Origin: an uncultured cyanobacterium | GTDB lineage: Bacteria; Cyanobacteriota; Cyanobacteriia; Pseudanabaenales; Pseudanabaenaceae | NCBI GenBank assembly: GCA_963703315.1 | Contig: OY969811.1 | Span: 4,064,001-4,128,000, forward strand | Reading direction: 5' to 3' | Length of the DNA: 64,000 nt | Shown: piece by piece, positions 61,564-64,000 of the stretch | Layout: each line of letters opens with the position of its first letter | How positions within the stretch are numbered: position 1 is the first letter of the stretch | Program-made: the position numbers and the translations under genes | The notes under the pieces: generated by a model | Told to the model about the DNA's origin: nothing | Databases searched by the model: none | What the model saw: the letters and a program-made list of their open reading frames with translations, nothing else

Positions 61564-63240
61564 CTAAAGCGTTAAAGCCACCCGAAACCCATAATAAAGT
61601 TTCCAATCTCCCTGCTTACCTCTGCCACGCGCCGCCGAACGACAATACCAAGGATATCCATACCATGACCCACCCCTCAATACTCGATAAATAGAACTTC
61701 TTCCTCTTTCCCATGCACTGCCATCCGTTGGAGCGCCAAGATAGTCATCGTGCCAAAGATCTTGACACCATTCCCAAACATTGCCATGCATATCATAGAG
61801 ACCAAAGGCATTAGGTGGAAAAGTTCCTACAGGAGTAGTGGTTTGCCGATATTCGCCTCTAGTGCCAGCACGATAGACATATCTGCCATCATAATTTGCG
61901 AGGTCAGTATTAATAGCATCACCAAAATGGAAAGAAGTATTCGTTCCCGCACGACAGGCATATTCCCATTCGGCTTCACTGGGTAATCGGTAATTGCGCC
62001 CTGTTTTCTGTGATAGCAATATACAGAACTCAACTACGGCATTCCAAGAGACGCATTCTACAGGATGATCGTCGCCCACCATATAGGAAGGGCTAGCATT
62101 CATAATCGATCGAAACTGCGCTTGTGTAATCAGGAAAGTCCCCATAAAGAAAGGTGAAATCTTGACTCGATGTTGAGGGCTTTCGGTGTTTTCGTGGGAT
62201 TCCTCATAGTCAGGAGAACCCATGATAAACTCTCCTTCAGGAATGGATGTCATTTCTAGAATAATGCCATCTCCGAGGTCTTCGTGAATCGATTTTGGAG
62301 TAGAGACAATAGTGGAGGGCGGGGATTCAGTTATAGAAGTACTTATGGCGATCGCATTTTGTGGATTAAGATCTTTAATCACTTCATCAGCCGACTGATA
62401 TCTTTTACTAGGTGCGATCGCAATTAATTTATCAAGAATTTTACCAAGATCGTTGCTGACAGTATTGCCAGTGAGATAATCGCGCCAAACCCAATTGTGA
62501 TCAATATCAATCAGATCAAAGGGAGAAGTTTGAGTTAAGAGATGGATGCAAGTAACTCCCAAACTATATAAATCACTATTAAAGAGAGCTTTGCCCCTAG
62601 CCTGCTCTGGGGCGATAAATTCAGGACTGCCAATGCTAGTTCCCGTTTGTCGAATATCCGCATTCATTGCATATTTTGCTGCACCAAAGTCAACTAAAAC
62701 AAAGTCTTCCGTACTTCTTCCTAGACGACGAATAATATTGTCGGGCTTGATATCACGATGGATGACATTCTGCCCATGCATAAATTGCAGAACTGGTAAG
62801 AGACTACTGAGCAAATGTCTGATTTTGCTCTGGTTAAAAGCGCCCTGTATTTTGAGTTCTTCGGCGAGATTTTGACCAGATATAAATTCTTGAACAAGAT
62901 ATTGTTGATTCTCTTGTTGGTAATGGGCAAGTAATTCGGGGATTTGGGGATGATGTCCCAATTCATCAAGGCGAATAACTTCTTGTTGAAAAAGTTCAGC
63001 AGCTTTTTGATGGTGATTACTACCCTGTCCTTGCGGTGAGAATTGCTTAATTACACAAAATGGCTTCGATGGTTTTAGCTGATCGATCGCTAAAAATGTC
63101 CGTCCGAAACCACCACTTCCGAGTAATTTGGCAGATTGATAGCGATCGCCCAATAACATTTTTGTCCCGCAGGTTTGACAAACCTCGGCACTATCTAGGT
63201 TTTCTGGCTTTTGGCAATTAGGATTAAGGCAATAACTCAT
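61564..63240 (-). CDS. Ser/Thr kinase with C-terminal FGE-sulfatase (CLec-fold) domain
   Basis: MSYCLNP.C, GSGGFG, HRDIKPDN; RLPSEAEWEYACRAG, GLYDMHGNVWEW, RVLRGGSW..GFRV. Confidence 0.93.
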   Translation of the reverse strand: MSYCLNPNCQKPENLDSAEVCQTCGTKMLLGDRYQSAKLLGSGGFGRTFLAIDQLKPSKPFCVIKQFSPQGQGSNHHQKAAELFQQEVIRLDELGHHPQIPELLAHYQQENQQYLVQEFISGQNLAEELKIQGAFNQSKIRHLLSSLLPVLQFMHGQNVIHRDIKPDNIIRRLGRSTEDFVLVDFGAAKYAMNADIRQTGTSIGSPEFIAPEQARGKALFNSDLYSLGVTCIHLLTQTSPFDLIDIDHNWVWRDYLTGNTVSNDLGKILDKLIAIAPSKRYQSADEVIKDLNPQNAIAISTSITESPPSTIVSTPKSIHEDLGDGIILEMTSIPEGEFIMGSPDYEESHENTESPQHRVKISPFFMGTFLITQAQFRSIMNASPSYMVGDDHPVECVSWNAVVEFCILLSQKTGRNYRLPSEAEWEYACRAGTNTSFHFGDAINTDLANYDGRYVYRAGTRGEYRQTTTPVGTFPPNAFGLYDMHGNVWEWCQDLWHDDYLGAPTDGSAWERGRSSIYRVLRGGSWYGYPWYCRSAARGRGKQGDWKLYYGFRVALTL

Positions 63241-63282
63241 GGGGTTAAAGATCGGGTTTATAGAAGATTCTCAATGCGATCG

Positions 63283-64000
63283 CTATAAAATCTGGGACAA
63301 GAATTTCTTTGTACGCTCTTCTTTAGGATGTTGGAAAAACTCTTCAGGAGTTGCCTCCTCCACAATTACGCCACCATCCATAAATACGATGCGATCGGAT
63401 ACTTCACGGGCAAAGCCGACCTCATGGGTCACAACCACCATCGTCATACCTGAATCAGCCAGCGATCGCATTACATCCAATACTTCACGTACCATCTCAG
63501 GATCGAGCGAAGAAGTCGGCTCATCAAAGAGCATGATTTTTGGTTGCATCGCTAAAGCTCTGGCGATCGCGACCCGTTGCTGCTGTCCACCTGATAGCTG
63601 TAGGGGATACTTGTGCGCTTGTTGGGAAATGCCAACCCGTTCTAATAATTGCGTCGCAACTTCTGAAGCTTTAGTCTTTGACCATTTGCGAACCCATGAC
63701 GGCGCGAGGGTAATATTTTGGAAAACCGTGAGATGCGGGAAGAGATTGAATTGCTGAAACACCATGCCTACTTCTCGCCGAACCGCATCAATATTGCGAT
63801 GATTCTCAGGCGAAAGCTCAAATCCATCAATCACAATTTTGCCCTGTTGATATTCTTCCAAAGCATTAAAAGTTCTCGCAAAAGTGGACTTCCCTGAGCC
63901 AGAAGGTCCCATAATCACCACCACTTCTCCACGGTTGACGGTCAGGCTCACCCCTTTAAGAACATGAAAACTGCCATACCACTTATGCACGTCTTGGGCG
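63283..64000 (-). CDS. Polar amino-acid ABC transporter ATP-binding protein (5' end probably beyond the window)
   Basis: [36 protein letters not shown]; frame open to the window edge (AQDVHKWYG). Confidence 0.93.
   Translation of the reverse strand, partial: AQDVHKWYGSFHVLKGVSLTVNRGEVVVIMGPSGSGKSTFARTFNALEEYQQGKIVIDGFELSPENHRNIDAVRREVGMVFQQFNLFPHLTVFQNITLAPSWVRKWSKTKASEVATQLLERVGISQQAHKYPLQLSGGQQQRVAIARALAMQPKIMLFDEPTSSLDPEMVREVLDVMRSLADSGMTMVVVTHEVGFAREVSDRIVFMDGGVIVEEATPEEFFQHPKEERTKKFLSQIL

Overview
Chromosomal window of a cyanobacterium, probably Pseudanabaena-like (judged from dense GCGATCGC/HIP1 sites, gene content and the look of the 16S; not database-confirmed). Most of it is core genome: ftsW, grxD, a complete rRNA operon (16S-tRNA-Ile-tRNA-Ala-23S-5S), kaiABC, pheA, smpB, amt, ftsH, an S1 protein, chlP, glyS, two tandem petF ferredoxins, murJ, sbtAB and nadE. 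Two small PSII genes missed by the ORF track were read directly: psbI (33934-34050, -) and psbM (41673-41792, +). Signalling genes are abundant: a TPR-STAND-WD40 protein, a pseudo-receiver hybrid kinase facing kaiA, a UrtA/AmiC-PAS-adenylate cyclase, a stand-alone GAF protein and two Ser/Thr kinases. There is no CRISPR array, transposase, prophage or reverse transcriptase. The intergenic DNA carries several families of small palindromic/MITE-like elements. The leads most worth following are: (i) the same composite GTAG-REPIN-like doublet immediately 3' of two unrelated modular genes with AT-rich C-terminal domains, one followed by toxin-antitoxin debris; (ii) two CRP boxes upstream of an amt-GAF pair near an amide/urea-sensor adenylate cyclase; (iii) a 104-bp TA-flanked MITE always in the same orientation just upstream of start codons; (iv) an in-frame palindromic element translated inside the STAND protein; and (v) a single-base frameshift in an MFS gene. 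I cannot claim a definitively new system from the sequence alone.
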